In this document: in pieces, positions 1 through 14,129 of the stretch
Layout of the letters: each line of letters starts with the position of its first letter
How positions within the stretch are numbered: position 1 is the stretch's first letter
NCBI RefSeq assembly: GCF_963921235.1
Contig: NC_086108.1
Coordinates: 53,260,001-53,324,000, forward strand
Direction: 5' to 3'
Length of the DNA: 64,000 nt
DNA from: Mobula hypostoma
Taxonomy: Eukaryota
The notes under the pieces: model-generated
What the model was told of the DNA's origin: nothing
The model's input: the letters and a program-made list of their open reading frames with translations, nothing else
Databases searched by the model: none
Position numbers and translations under genes: made by a program

Positions 1-2332
1 ACTATTATGCTAAATGGTCCTTTAATTTTTATAAATTCCTATTTTTATTCAAACATTGTCAGCAAATGATTAATTTTTTTAATCATTTACTCACTATCAG
101 GTACAGAAGCATACCCAGCAATGGATTAGAAGAGGAAGGGTTAAGCCATTTTTTAAAAAAAGATACATTGAAGTGTTTATGAACAGTGATAAATTTATTA
201 AATGTTACTTTTGACATGGATAAAGTCATAATTTATGTTTGAAAATTAGTGTTTAATTAATTGCTATTTTAGTTGTTGTTGGGCATTGCTGAGAACCTCA
301 CCCTCCCACTTCAGCATATCCTCAGATTTGATTAGAGTTGCAACCAGCAAATAAAACAACAAGCAAAGGTTGAAACATCTCTTTTGCAAACGTTTTGTAA
401 CTAGGCTACAATTGATAAAGTGATCCCTAATTGTTGAGAGACCAAAGAGAATTGAACGGTTTTCTCTGAACCAAATTTAAAGCCAGTGCAAAGACTGACA
501 CCTCCAACCCCATCCCTCAGGTTTATTTATATTTGTACCTTGCCTATCAATTTCTTTCCAATGCTGAGGTTTTCTTTTTTCCTCTAAAAGTCATAGTAAA
601 TAAGATTTTCTTGACCAAAATACCAATAAAATTAGTAATTAAGTGAGTTACAGTCAGCAAATATATGTGCAGTTCAGTAACAGTATCTGATCAAGGTCTT
701 CAGAGATTGTTACATTTGTTTCTGCAGTAAGCAGAACTGTTTAAATGTTATTTATTTTCATGTTCACAAAAAATCTATAGAAAAATAAAATATTGATTGA
801 ATCACAACAATGCTGTAGGAGGAAAAAAATTTATGAAACCTCTTCTCAAATCCTTTAATTGAATTTTCCAAATCTCTCACCACACACAAATAATCAATAT
901 CTCCCAGCGTCAAGAAAAGGACCGGCTTTCTTTCCAATTTTGTTGTCATCAGCACATAGAAGAGCACTTGGATATCTGTAATGTCTTGACGAAGAATTTA
1001 TATTAACCTCATAAACTATTGTTCCTTTGAGATACATTGAGACACAAAAAATCAAGAAAAAATAACTTTTCATAGCAGCAGCTGTGTCAGATCTTAAATA
1101 TCCAATTTTTCTTTATTTCATTGAGAAACTTGGTTGAAATCTACAGCATGGGTCCATTGTTTAGGAAAAAAGTGCATTAAGATTTAAAATAAGTGGGAGA
1201 AGACAAAAGAAAGTGCTGGTTAAGTAATAGTACATTCAATTTTTAAAAGCCTGCAGCTTTGTAAGATAAAGCAAAAACTTTAGAGTGTTCCAGTGTGGAA
1301 GTGAGGAAATGAGGCTATATGCGGGAGACAGGTAGATGTATATTGAAATAAAGGAGTAAGGACGAATGCAGAAATTGTATAATTGTAGGTAGGAAGAAAT
1401 ACAGACTTGTTTTGAAGTGCAAATATTTTCACCTCATTAGAGACTAGCAAGGAGGGAAGAATCGACTATATATTTTGTTAAGGAATGCAAGAGATGTTGC
1501 AACAGAAAAATGGGATATGACAATTCTACTTATTAGCTGGAAAGAGTGGTGTAGGAGAAAGAAGCTGCCACATCCACAATGCACTTCAAAAGCAGTTAAA
1601 GTTGTGTAACTTGAGGAGGTGGGACGTTCAAATCTTCCACTGCTTGTCTAAGGAATATTGCCAGGAAGAGTTCGACATAATACATCATGATCAAATGCGA
1701 TTTGAGCTTTAGTTTGCAGTGAAATTTTCATTTCATTCATGCCAGTTGGGCAATTTAGATGATACTTTTTAATGGACCCTTTCCACTTGCTTGGTAGCTT
1801 ATATCACTATGCCTTTAAATATTGACCCTTTTGTATTTCTGCAGACAAGAAGGAGATAATTAGGGACAGCAGTGAATCACTGGCTGGTCAGTGTCCAGTA
1901 ACCAAGGAGCTAGAGACTAAACAGAGCATCAGAGCAAAACACTTAGAATAAAAGCCATGTAATCTTACGTATATCCATGAATCAGTCCACCTGATAAATC
2001 ATGCTGAATACCATGAATTAATTTAAACTATATATAAAGCAATTGCAAACCCTTGTGTTCTTCAGGGAATAGGAAGTTCATCTCTACAATATTCACTCTA
2101 TCTGCTTTACCCTTGTAGTTCATATAATGGCCATTTGTCTCCTGAGACCCCTAGAGATCACGTCCTCATGACTGGACTTCAATTATGCCAATGTAATTAC
2201 TGTAAATTAAAGTAGTGGAAAGAGTGGCACCAGATAAGTTAATAAATTGTCCTTCTATTGTTGCTTTATTTCTCAATGTTTACTCAGTCTGCATGAATAT
2301 AAAATGTTGGCAACAGGTCAAGCAGCAACTAT

Positions 2333-4475
2333 ATAACCGTAAAACAATTACAGCACGGAAACAGGCCATCTCGGCCCTTCTAGTCCGTACCGACCCCTTA
2401 CTCTCACCTAGTCCCACCGACCAGCACTCAGCCCATAACCCTCCATTCCTTTCCTGTCCATATAGCTATCCAATTTAACTTTAAATGACAACATCGAACC
2501 TGCTTCAACCACTTCTCCTGGAAGCTTGATCCACACAGCTACCACTCTCTGAGTAAAGAAGTTCCCCCTCATGTTACCGCTAAACTTTTGCTCTTTAACT
2601 CTCAACTCATGTCCTCCTGTTTGAATCTCCCCCACTCTCAATGGAAAAAGCCTATCCACATCAACTCCATCTATCCCCCTCATAATTTTAAATGCCTCTA
2701 TCAAGTCCCCCCTCGACCGACCTTCTACGCTCCAAAGAATAAAGACCCAACTTGTTCAACCTTTCTCTGTAATTTAGGTGATGAAACCCAGGTAACATTC
2801 TAGTAAATCTTCTCTGTACTCTCTCTATTTTGTTGACATCTTTCCTATAATTTGGTGACCAGAACTATACACAATACTCCAAATTTGGCCTTACCAATGC
2901 CTTGTACATTACATTACATCCCAACTCCTATACTCAATGCTCTGATTTATAAAGGCCAGCATACCAAAAGCTTTCTTCACCACCCTATCCACACGAGATT
3001 CCACCTTCAGGGAACTATGCACCAGTAATCCTAGATCCCTCTGTTTTACTGCATTCTTCAATGCCCTACCATTTACCATGCATGCCCTACTTTGATTAGT
3101 CCTACCAAAATGTAGCACCTCACATTTATCAGCATTAAACTCCATCTGCCATCTTTCAACCCACTCTTCTAACTGGCCTAAATCTCTCTGCAAGCTTTGA
3201 GAACCTACTTCATTATCCACAACTCCACCTATCCTAGTATCATCTGCATACTTACTAATCCAATTTATCACCCCATCATCCAGATCATTAATGTATATGA
3301 CAAACAACATTGGACCCAGTACAGATCTCTGAGGCACACCACTAGTCACCGGCCTCCAATCTGACAAAGTTATCCACCACTACTGTCTGGCGTCTCCCAT
3401 CCAGCCACTGCTGAACCCATTTTACTACTTCAATATTAATACCTAACAATTGAACCTTCCTAACTAACCTTCTGTGTGGAACCTTGTCAAAGGCCTTACT
3501 GAAGTCCATATTGACAACATCCATCGCTTTACCCTCGTCAACTTTCCTAGTAACCTCTTCAAAAAATTCAATAAGATTTGTCAAACGTGACCTTCCATGC
3601 ACAAATCCATGTTGACTGTATCTAATGAGACCCTGTCTATCCAGATAATTATATATACCATCTCTAAGAATACTTTCCATCGATTTACCCACCACTGATG
3701 TCAAACTCACAGGCCGATAATTGCTAGGTTTACTTTTAGAACCCTTTTTAAACAATGGAACAACATGAACAATATGCCAATCCTCTGGCACCATCCCCAT
3801 TTCTAATGACGTTTGAAATATTTCTGTCAGAGCCCCTACTATTTCCACACTAACTTCCCTCAAGTTCCTAGGGAATATCCTGTCAGGACCTGGAGACTTA
3901 TCCACTTTTCTATTCCTTTAAAGCGCCAGTACTTCCTCCTCTTTAATCATCATAGTTTCCATAACTTCCCTACCTGTTTTCCTTATCTTGCGCAATTCAA
4001 TATCCTTCTCCTTAGTGAATACCGAAGAAAAGAAATTGTTCAGAATCTCCCCCATCTCTTTTGGCTCCACACATAGCTGTCCACTCTGATTCTCTAAGGG
4101 ACCAATTTTATCCCTCACTATCCTTTTGCTATTAATGTAACTGTAGAAATCCTTTGGATTTATTTTCACCCTACTTGCCAAAGCAACCTCATATCTTCTT
4201 TTAGCTTTTCTAATTTCTTTCTTATGATTCTTTATATTCCTCATTTACTTCATGCTGCCTATATTTATTGTAGATATCTCTCTTTTTCCGAACCAAGTTT
4301 CCAATATCCCTTGAAAACCATGGCTCTCTCAAACTTTTAACCTTTCCTTTCAACCTAACAGGAACATAAAGATTCTGTACCCTCAAATTTCACCTTTAAA
4401 TGACCTCCATTTCTCTATTACATCCTTCCCATAAAACAAATTGCCCCAATCCACTCCTCCTAAATTCTTTCGCAT
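2333..4475 (-). mobile_element. CR1 LINE, 5'-truncated ORF2 (RT) plus 3' UTR, disrupted
   Basis: ORF fragments DKSPGPD, NYRPVSLTS, DFSKAFDKVPH, GVPQ.SVLGP and YADD. Same subfamily as 25722-31240. Confidence 0.93.
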
Positions 4476-6655
4476 GGACCACTGTGGAGAAAGAAACACT
4501 TGAGTATTTCCTGTTATTTCCATTTTTATTTCAGATTCATATTCATTTATTTATCACATGTACATTGAAACGTACAATGAAATGTGTCGTTTGCATTAAC
4601 AACCAACACAATCTAAGGATGTGCTGGGGGCAACCCTAAGTGTTGCCACACATTCCTGCAACAGAGCAACAACAGCAAAACAAGCCCCTTTCCTCCGTCT
4701 TATCCACCCACTCACACAGACAGACAGTCCTCCAGTCCCAGGACAGGACACCATTGGACTTGCAGACATCAAGCCCCTGACTTTCCCAGTGTGCTTGCAG
4801 ATCCCAGAGCCAGATTTATTTTACATTTTGGTAAGAAAAAACTGTCAGTGTTGCAGCTATCATACTGGAAAATATATTCAGTGAACAATAGTCTCCTCCA
4901 CCCTCTCAATAAAATTTGATCTGTTAACGAACATACTAAGAAAGGATAAGTCAATGACAGGCTACTCAGTCTGCTAAATAGAGTGCCTACTGTATGGTCT
5001 CTATTCCAGTCTCTCTGCATTCATTTAATTTCTTAAGAACCAATGTTTAATTAATCTGAATCGAATCTCTCTCAATTCACTGCTGATTTGTAAAACCTCA
5101 GAAATGACCAACTCTTGCTCCCACCTCCAACCATTACACTCCCTCACGATCCAATTATGTTACCAAACAGATGGGCTTGCATGGCCATTTTGAAGTTGAA
5201 ATGAAGACAGCTCAAATTATTGATGGAATTTCTGTGTTTACGAGGCCCTTGTGTATGGGGCTGCAGAGCATGCATGGTGACCTCAAATGGCATAGAATAG
5301 AATTATATTGTGCATGCAGAGCAATGTTCCCTCTAATTTGTAATGACCAGTGTGTACAAAGATCATGTGCAGTGCATTGTTTTGCTCAGTGATAATAACA
5401 TGTGCACACTGAATTTTTTTATATATAGATGTATTCATTTTAACAGCTAGAAAAGCATTGTTATTGAGAACTTCTCCTCAGTCTTTCTGTTAATTTGCTC
5501 TGTTACAAACCATCTTTCCTGCCAACCCCACCACCCATGCTGTGACTCTTCTGCTGACTTGGATATGACCTGTACGATGGTGGGTGATGGGGCAAGAAGG
5601 AGATGATCCCACCACATGTGCTCTGTACCTTAATTCAACAGAAATCAAAGGCATCACTGAGGCAATCTGAGTGTTGTCATTAGCCACATTGAGCCAATAG
5701 ATTGGATGTTCTTGTTTCTGAATTAACCTCCTTAACTGATGCCTAACCCAATAAGTTCAAATCTTTGTCCTAAAGATAACTAGATTTGAAAGGAATTTTT
5801 GGCATTTCATTCCTGCTTTTGACTTTTCTCAGTGTTCACAGGAAATAACACAAAACCATCAAAACTCTCACCATCTGGGACACGCCCCCTTCTCATTACT
5901 ACCATTGAGGAGGAGCACAGAGGCCCGAAGACCCATAGTCAGCATTTTAATAACAGCTTCTTCCCTCTGCCATCGGATTTCTAAATGGTTCATGAACATG
6001 TGCATGAACACTACCTCACTATTCCTCTTTTGCACTAATTTTTTGTGACAAAGTAATTTTTGTGTCTTGCACTGTACTGCCACAAAACAATGTATTCCAC
6101 AACTTAGGGTAGCAATAATAAACCTGATTCTGATTCAATTTCAATACAGTGCAATATGACTATCACTAACACAAATATACCAATTTTGCCCTGCAATAAC
6201 AAAATGATTCCACTTTTATGCTGATTTTAAAGTATATTTAGTTTAACCAATTATTGTATCAGTTTTTGGTGCCAAAGTTTGCTGAACTTGGTTCTTGCTT
6301 TCCACAGCATTATTGATTGTGGTACAACTTTATCCCCCACACCTTTATTCAGTAATGCTAACCTGCTCCCCAAACACCCCACTGTACATGTATTATGAAA
6401 TGGAAGAGATTTATAAAAAAATGAAGGAAACCCAGAATAATACCAATTCTGTAAAGAAAGATAGGCATAGAATAAATAGTACCACTCTGGAGATCCCTTT
6501 TGCTTCACACAAGAATGCCTATACATTCATATATAAATTTGTAAAGATGGCAATGAACCTACATTTTCTTAAGAGTGTAGAATTGTGCCACCATTTTTCC
6601 ATAGCTTCAGGTATGCCAGTTAAAATGATAGTGGTAAACTAGAGATCTACAATAT

Positions 6656-8719
6656 ACAACAGGAATTCTGCAGATGCTGGAAATTCAAGCAACACACATA
6701 AAAGTTGCTGGTGAACGCAGCAGGCCAGGCAGCATCTCTAGGAAGAGGTGCAGTCGACGTTTCAGGCCGAGACCCTTCGTCAGGACTAACTGAAGGAAGA
6801 GTGAGTAAGGGATTTGAAAGTGGGAGGGGGAGGGGGAGATCCAAAATGATAGGAGAAGACAGGAGGGGGAGGGATGGAGCCAAGAGCTGGACAGGTGATT
6901 GGCAAAAGGGATACGAGAGGATCATGGGACAGGAGGTCCGGGGAGAAAGACGGGAGGGGGGGACCCAGAGGATGGGCAAGGGGTATATTCAGAGGGACAG
7001 AGGGAGAAAAAGGAGAGTGAGAGAAAGAATGTGTTCATAAAAATAAGTAACAGATGGGGTACGAGGGGGAGATGGGGCATTAGCGGAAGTTAGAGAAGTC
7101 GATGTTCATGCCATCAGGTTGGAGGCTACCCAGACGGAATATAAGGTGTTGTTCCTCCAACCTGAGTGTGGCTTCATCTTTACAGTAGAGGAGGCCGTGG
7201 ATAGACATGTCAGAATGGGAATGGGATGTGGAATTAAAATGTGTGGCCACTGGAAGATCCTGCTTTCTCTGGCGGACAGAGCGTAGATGTTCAGCAAAGC
7301 GGTCTCCCAGTCTGCGTCGGGTCTCACCAATATATAAAAGGCCACATCGGGAGCACCGGACGCAGTATATCACCCCAGCCGACTCACAGGTGAAGTGTTG
7401 CTTCATCTGGAAGGACTGTTTGGGGCCCTGAATGGTGGTAAGGGAGGAAGTGTAAGGGCATGTGTAGCACTTGTTCCGCTTACACAGATAAGTGCCAGGA
7501 GGGAGATCAGTGGGGAGGGATGGGGGAGACGAATGGACAAGGGAGTCGCGTAGGGAGTGATCCCTGCGGAATGCGGGGGGGGGGGGAGGTAAAGATGTGC
7601 TTAGTGGTGGGATCCCGTTGGAGGTGGCGGAAGTTACGGAGAATAATATGTTGGACCCGGAGGCTGGTGGGGTGGTAGGTGAGGACCAGGGGAACCCTAT
7701 TCCTAGTGGGGTGGCGGGAAGATGGAGTGAGAGCAGAAGTACGTGAAATGGGGGAGATGCGTCTAAGAGCAGAGTTGATAGTGGAGGAAGGGAAGCCCCT
7801 TTCTTTAAAAAAGGAAAACATCTCCCTCGACCTAGAATGAAAAGCCTCATCCTGAGAGCAGATGCGGCGGAGACGGAGGAATTGCGAGAAGGGGATGGCG
7901 TTTTTGCAAGAGACAGGGTGAGAAGAGGAATAGTCCAGATAGGTGTGAGAGTCAGTAGGCTTATAATAGACATCAGTGGATAAGCTGTCTCCAGAGACAG
8001 AGACAGAAAGATCTAGAAAGGGGAGGGAGGTGTCGGAAATGGACCAGGTAAACTTGAGGGCAGGGTGAAAGTTGGAGGCAAAGTTAATAAAGTCAACGAG
8101 CTCTGCATGCGTGCAGGAAGCAGTGCCAATGCAGTCGTCGATGTAGCAAAGGAAAAGTGGGGGACAGATACCAGAATAGGCACGGAACATAGATTGTTCC
8201 ACAAAGCCAACAAAAAGGCAGGCATAGCTAGGACCCATACGGGTGCCCATAGCTACACCTTTAGTTTGGAGGAAGTGGGAGGAGCCAAAGGAGAAATTAT
8301 TAAGAGTAAGGACTAATTCCGCTAGACGGAGCAGAGTGGTGGTAGAGGGGAACTGATTAGGTCTGGAGTCCAAAAAGAAGTGTAGAGCTTTGAGACCTTC
8401 CTGATGGGGGATGGAAGTATATAGGGACTGGACATCCATGGTGAAAATAAAGCGGTGGGGGCCAGGGAACTTAAAATCATCGAAAAGTTTAAGAACGTGA
8501 GAAGTGTCACGAACATAGGTAGGAAGGGATTGAACAAGGGGGGATAAAACCGTGTCGAGGTATGCAGAAGCGAGTTCGGTGGGGCAGGAGCAAGCTGAGA
8601 CAATAGGTCGGCCAGGACAGGCAGGTATGTGGATCTTGGGTAGGAGGTAGAAATGGGAAGTGCGAGGTGTGGGAACTATAAGGTTGGTAGCAGTGGATGG
8701 GAGATCCCCGAGTGGATAA
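6656..8719 (-). mobile_element. Penelope-like retroelement (RT + GIY-YIG endonuclease + pLTR), 5'-truncated
   Basis: RT motifs DVQSLYTSIP, GVAMG and YIDD; GIY-YIG motif VIYCVRC...YIGETRR; stop at 7080; one frameshift in the G-run at ~7575-7588; 13-bp TSD agatctacaatat at 6643-6655 and 8720-8732. Confidence 0.95.
6751..6788 (-). ncRNA. Minimal type I hammerhead ribozyme motif in Penelope pLTR
   Basis: Minus strand reads UAGUC-CUGACGA-AGG(gucucgg)CCU-GAAAC-GUC-GACUG: stem I, catalytic core, stem II and a GUC triplet. Confidence 0.75.
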
Positions 8720-11436
8720 AGATCTACAATATTGATTGTTTTCAGGTAATATTGATTAATTGTGTGTTATATAACTAAATGGACTAACTACCGACAGTTC
8801 TATTTTAGACATTTCCACAATATTTACTCCTGTGGGGGAGGGAGTTAAGTGACAATTGAAAATAAAGGGAGAGAATAAGAAGGAAAATTTTAGGAATGAT
8901 ATGATACAAACTTTGAGCGATGAATGTTGCTTATTTTCACACATTTAGCAAATATAGGAAATTATGAATGTTAGAATTATGATCAATTTGACATTAATTT
9001 GACATTAGTAGGATCCTGATATCTTCAACAGATCTTCTCAGCATATACCACTAGAAACAAGAGCAGCAGGAAACTACACTTGCAATTCACCATTTAATTT
9101 GCACACGATCATAACTTGCAACTCAATTAAATTTTCTTTATCATTGCTGGCTCTATTTACGGCTATTGGCTATCCAACAACATTGTCAGAGCATTTTCAG
9201 CAGTTGGTTTATAGCGGTTCCAGAATATGCTCACCATTTTCTTATCAAGGCATTACTAGTGAGGGATAATTTTGCCCTTATCAACAATGACGATATCCCA
9301 CAAATGGATAAGTGAAAGCTGTCCCACCACAGGACCTTACTATGGATCTGGTTTTCCATTCTGGGTGTGAAAGGAACCTCCAGCTACTCAATATTACCAC
9401 CATTTCTGTGTGTCGTCTTTGGAGCCAGCTCAGCTAGCTCCATTACAGGTACAACCCTCTCCACCATCAAGGATATCTTCAAATGAGAGGACTTACACAA
9501 GCCTAAGACCCACACTCAACATATTAGGAACCATTTCTTCCCCTCTGCCATTACATTTCTGATCAGTCCATCAGTACTGCCTCACTCCTCTTTTGCACTA
9601 TTTCTTTATTTTTGTAACACATATTAACTGTAATGTCTTGCATTTTACTGCTGCCACAAAACAACAAATTTTGTGACATTTATCAGTGCCAGTAAACCTC
9701 ATTCTGATTCAAAGCCTTCTATCCTGTGGATGGAGTTGGTAAAAAAATCATCTTTTTTCTTTCTTCAGCTGTGACTGTATTGGACATCATTCCCATTCAG
9801 AGGCTATCTATCAAGTAAAGGGGATAAAGAAATTATTAAGAAGTTTTCCTAATTGTTTAAAAGATTTTGTGAAGGAAATCCTGATAGATTCATAATAGGA
9901 TCACTGGGAGCTATGAGAGTTGAATCTCGGCAATATTGTAACCCAATGGGAAGGAACATTCAGCCATAAACTTTCAGTCAATTACAACTAGAATCTCATC
10001 CCAAGCCAAAATTTGTATCATTGTTTGTTCAGTTATTGCACATCCAAGCGGTGGTTGTTCTTCAGGAATGTGCCAAGATAATTAGAGTTGATAGGCTATT
10101 TGATTGTGAAATGAGAATTAAATCTAATCTCTAGTTAATCGGATTAGTAGCAGCAGATAGAAGTGGAATAATACTACTTCACCCAAATATCCAACAGCCT
10201 GAACTGCCTAATATTGTCCTGTTAAGATCAGTTAACATTAAGCAACCTAGGATCTTTCTGGAGGATGCAAAGAAGGTTTTAAAGCAAAACTCTACTACAG
10301 CTTTGAGAGCAAAGTTACACAGACTAGCAAAGCCTCAGATTCTATAGCGGTTCAGTGGACCCCAATTATTATCTAGTATAGTAGATGGAAAAATACAGTT
10401 GATTTTAGCAACTATTGTCTGGTTGATAAGAGTTCTCAGTGTTTCTGCTCCTTAATCCCATTTGAAGTTCCATGTTAGATGGCATGATGCTGTGATACTG
10501 TCAGCTGCACTACTGTCATTAATCTTATAAAACACCACCATTCACTTCGTAGGTATTGCTCTGCTTAAATGTCATTTGGCAACTTACATGTTGAAGATGA
10601 ATTAGGGGAGGGGGAAGGAAAGACATGGGAGGAGGTGATCAAGAGGAAAGAAAACTGGGGTATCAGTTCTCAAAAAGAATAATCACAAGTTTTTTTTACT
10701 TAATTCTTATCTGTCCTGAAGTAATCTTTGTGGGAAATTGTTTCTTTCATGCTGTAATACTCATATTTCCAATAAATGGATTTAAAAAGCATGATCTTTT
10801 ATGTTTGTATTACAGCCCTTCTGAAATTATGCAATGCTATACAAACACTGTCATTTTGCTCTTGTAATTCAATCACATACTCCTTCCACTGTGCAAACAA
10901 GCTAATCAGAATGATGATATAAGTATTGTTGTTCATTGTCTCAGTAGTTCAGTTATGGTCATCCTTTTGAATATGAGTCATATTGGCTGATCTGCGTGGA
11001 ATCATGACTGGTTTGTGTTGCCTTGCTGATGAAGAGTGACATCATTATCACATCGTCCAAGCTCTAAAACGTGTACTTAAGAAAAATAACCTTTACTTAA
11101 AGAATAGCACAAATAGATTCCCTTAGTTAATGGGTGTATTATTCCAGCACTACAAATATTCCTTTATGTTATTTGAAGTGAAAAGAGAGCTCATTGTCTA
11201 TATTAAGCAAGCAAAAAATTGTTTACTCATGGTATGTAATTATACATAGGAACATTTTTAAAGCAAGAAATGTTAAGAACTTTGGCACTATCCAAAATTT
11301 GTTTCAGTTAAATTTTGGTGTATAGGTTGAGAAATATTTATACAATTCACTTAATCTATGTAAGGCCCCTTTATATTCATCCCCAAGTGTGCACTTTCAT
11401 GACTTTGAATTCAATACAGTAGTTAGACATTGTGAT

Positions 11437-12206
11437 CAACAGGAATTCTGCAGATGCTGGAAATTCAAGCAACACACATCAAAGTTGCTGGTGAACGCAG
11501 CAGGCCAGGCAGCATCTCTAGGAAGAGGTGCAGTCGACGTTTCAGGCCGAGACCCTTCGTCACGACTAACTGAAGGAAGAGTGAGTAAGGGATTTGAAAG
11601 TTGGAGGGGGAGGGGGAGATCCAAAATGATAGGAGAAGACAGGAGGGGGAGGGATGGAGCCAAGAGCTGGACAGGTGATAGGCAAAAGGGATACGAGAGG
11701 ATCATGGGACAGGAGGTCCGGGAAGAAAGACGGTGGGGGGGGGACCCAGAGGATGGGCAAGGGGTATATTCAGAGGGACAGAGGGAGAAAAAGGAGAGTG
11801 AGAGAAAGAATGTGTGTATAAAAATAAGTAACAGATGGGGTACGAGGGGGAGGTGGGGCATTAGCGGAAGTTAGAGAAGTCGATGTTCATGCCATCAGGT
11901 TGGAGGCTACCCAGACGGAATATAAGGTGTTGTTCCTCCAACCTGAGTATGGCTTCATCTTTACAGTAGAGGAGGCTCGTGTATCCCTTTTGCCTATCAC
12001 CTGTCCAGCTCTTGGCTCCATCCCTCCCCCTCCTGTCTTCTCCTATCATTTTGGATCTCCCCCTCCCCCTCCAACTTTCAAATCCCTTACTCACTCTTCC
12101 TTCAGTTAGTCCTGACGAAGGGTCTCGGCCTGAAACGTCGACTGCACCTCTTCCTAGAGATGCTGCCTGGCCTGCTGCGTTCACCAGCAACTTTTATGTG
12201 TGTTGC
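11437..12206. mobile_element. Penelope-like fold-back insertion: 3' end (minus) joined to an inverted pLTR (plus)
   Basis: 11437-11976 is nearly identical to 6657-7196. 11976-12206 is the reverse complement of ~11469-11697. 14-bp TSD ttagacattgtgat at 11423-11436 and 12207-12220. Confidence 0.93.
12107..12144 (+). ncRNA. Minimal hammerhead ribozyme motif (intact core) in the inverted pLTR
   Basis: TAGTC CTGACGA AGG..CCT GAAAC GTC GACTG; predicted cleavage after C12139. Confidence 0.75.
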
Positions 12207-14129
12207 TTAGACATTGTGATGTCTGGTTTAAAATTTTAAGGGGCATGATATTGGTATTTAATTTTTCACAATTATTCTCCTGTCTCTCTTCAGTGTATTG
12301 ATTTTGCTGATTTAAATGCAGAGGGAGATTCTCTATGCAACTGATTGACATGAACTGAACATAGGCACTCTTTTTAAATGTAAGAGGAAATGCAATACAA
12401 TCACCACTTGGAGTCAGGAAGTAACTATAACAAATCCTTATTTAGTTGACATGAATGTACAATTGAGAATCCCTGGCAAAAGAGTCTCTCGGGATGTTTG
12501 AACACACATTTGAGACATAGACAATGTTTTGACAAGAGTGTGACATGTCCATACAATCGTAAGCAGGTTAGTGCTCTCCTACAAAGCATTGATTTGTTGA
12601 AATACTCTCAGTCCTTCAGTCTGAACACCAACAAGTTTCTACTCCCTGTATTTTTAAAAAAGAGATCTGTTTGCATGGCATGCTGCTGCAATAGCAATAT
12701 GGGTGCCAGCAATCTAGTGCAAATCCTGCTCAGTTTGTTGCTGTGTAGGAAACCGACATGAATCCCTGTCCTCTTGTGTTTTTGCAGCAATGAATTGCTC
12801 AGTGGCTGAATGCTAATGGTGGCAGCACAGTGAACGTGTGTGCTGTTGCTGGAGACTAGCAGAAGTTGCTCTCTGTTTAGATAAATGGCCTGTATCCTGC
12901 AGGCTCTTGAATCACTTTCTATTAGATGTGGATGGAAGCTGCTGCCTTCCCTCTCTTTGTGAAGCAGTGCAGATCTTCCCAGGCCTGAGATTCCTTCACC
13001 CCAAAGTATTGTAGTAATTAATCCTGCAAATGCTGACTTGTACATCTTGAACAGCCAGCACTGAAGTAATAACTCAGGTTCCCTAAAGTCTTTCTTTAAC
13101 GGAATATTCTGGCAAACTTTGCCAAGTTACAATCACAACATTGTAAGCCAGGTGTACTTTGAAGTCTGTACCTTACACACTTAATGATTTTGCAACCCAA
13201 ATTATTGTGTACCATCATAAAACACTAAATGAATATTAGAGGCTGGTACTAATAGTAAAGTAATATTTAAGAATGATATCTAACATTAACAAAGCTAAAT
13301 ACTGTGTTCACTTGTCCTCCATAAATGTTCTTTCCTGCACTTCACTGGGTAGCAATCAGGAGCCAAAATATTTATGTTTTTTAAATCTTTTCACTAACTT
13401 GAAGGCGTAAGTTTTCACAAATAAGATGACGAGGCACTTTATGTTTAAGAAAGACCGTAACAACTCACTTATTGTACTCTTAAAAACTGAGCACGAAGCG
13501 CAGTACCAGAACTTAACATAATTACATCATCACATTAGACCAGATTCTTAAAGTGAACCCCAACACAATGCTGGTGGTTGTGAATTATGTATGTTTCCAC
13601 CAATTACATTACATTAAAAAGGTACTAAAGCTGACTCTAATCATTGTATGCTTCACTGACTGAGATCAATTAACTTAGCACAAATGAGAGAACATGCGTG
13701 ATACATCTCTATTGCTGATGTTTTCTAAGTGCAACCAGTCAAACTCAGCATCAGATAGTTGGCTGGTCCCTTTCGCTTTTTGGTTTACCACCATCTTCCT
13801 ATACTGACTATAGAACCACTCAGCATATTCATCTCTGTAAAATCTACAGGAAAAAGAAATTCAGATTAGAATTAAGACGGAGGAGGTCTCCATGCATATT
13901 CCCTACTGTTGTGGATTTTTAAAAGAAAATCTCAGAAAAAGAATTAAAAGGTGTAAGGATCACCATATAGAAAAGCAAGTATTTACATTAATTATAATTA
14001 TTTTGTATATATTTATCTAGAACCATTCCTTTAGTTCCTTTAGAACCGTCCAGTCTCATGGTCTCATGTTTCTTCACAGGTTTAACTGGGGTAGCTTTCT
14101 AGTTCCTACTCCATAACAGATTGAGGAAG

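Noticed and set aside
4795..4840. PEPDLFYILV|gtaag, superficially like the ALG6 C-terminal PDLF motif
   Set aside because: Very short match adjacent to a repeat; the surrounding residues do not fit ALG6.
6647..7093. Recurrent ORFs such as PDEGSRPETSTAPLPRDAAWPAAF and MLVNAAGQAASLGRG (also at 11389-12239 and 53843-54251)
   Set aside because: Incidental translations of the Penelope pLTR; they recur because the repeat recurs.
13395..13615. Possible small solo LTR
   Set aside because: Only one plausible terminus, with no TSD or second copy in the window.
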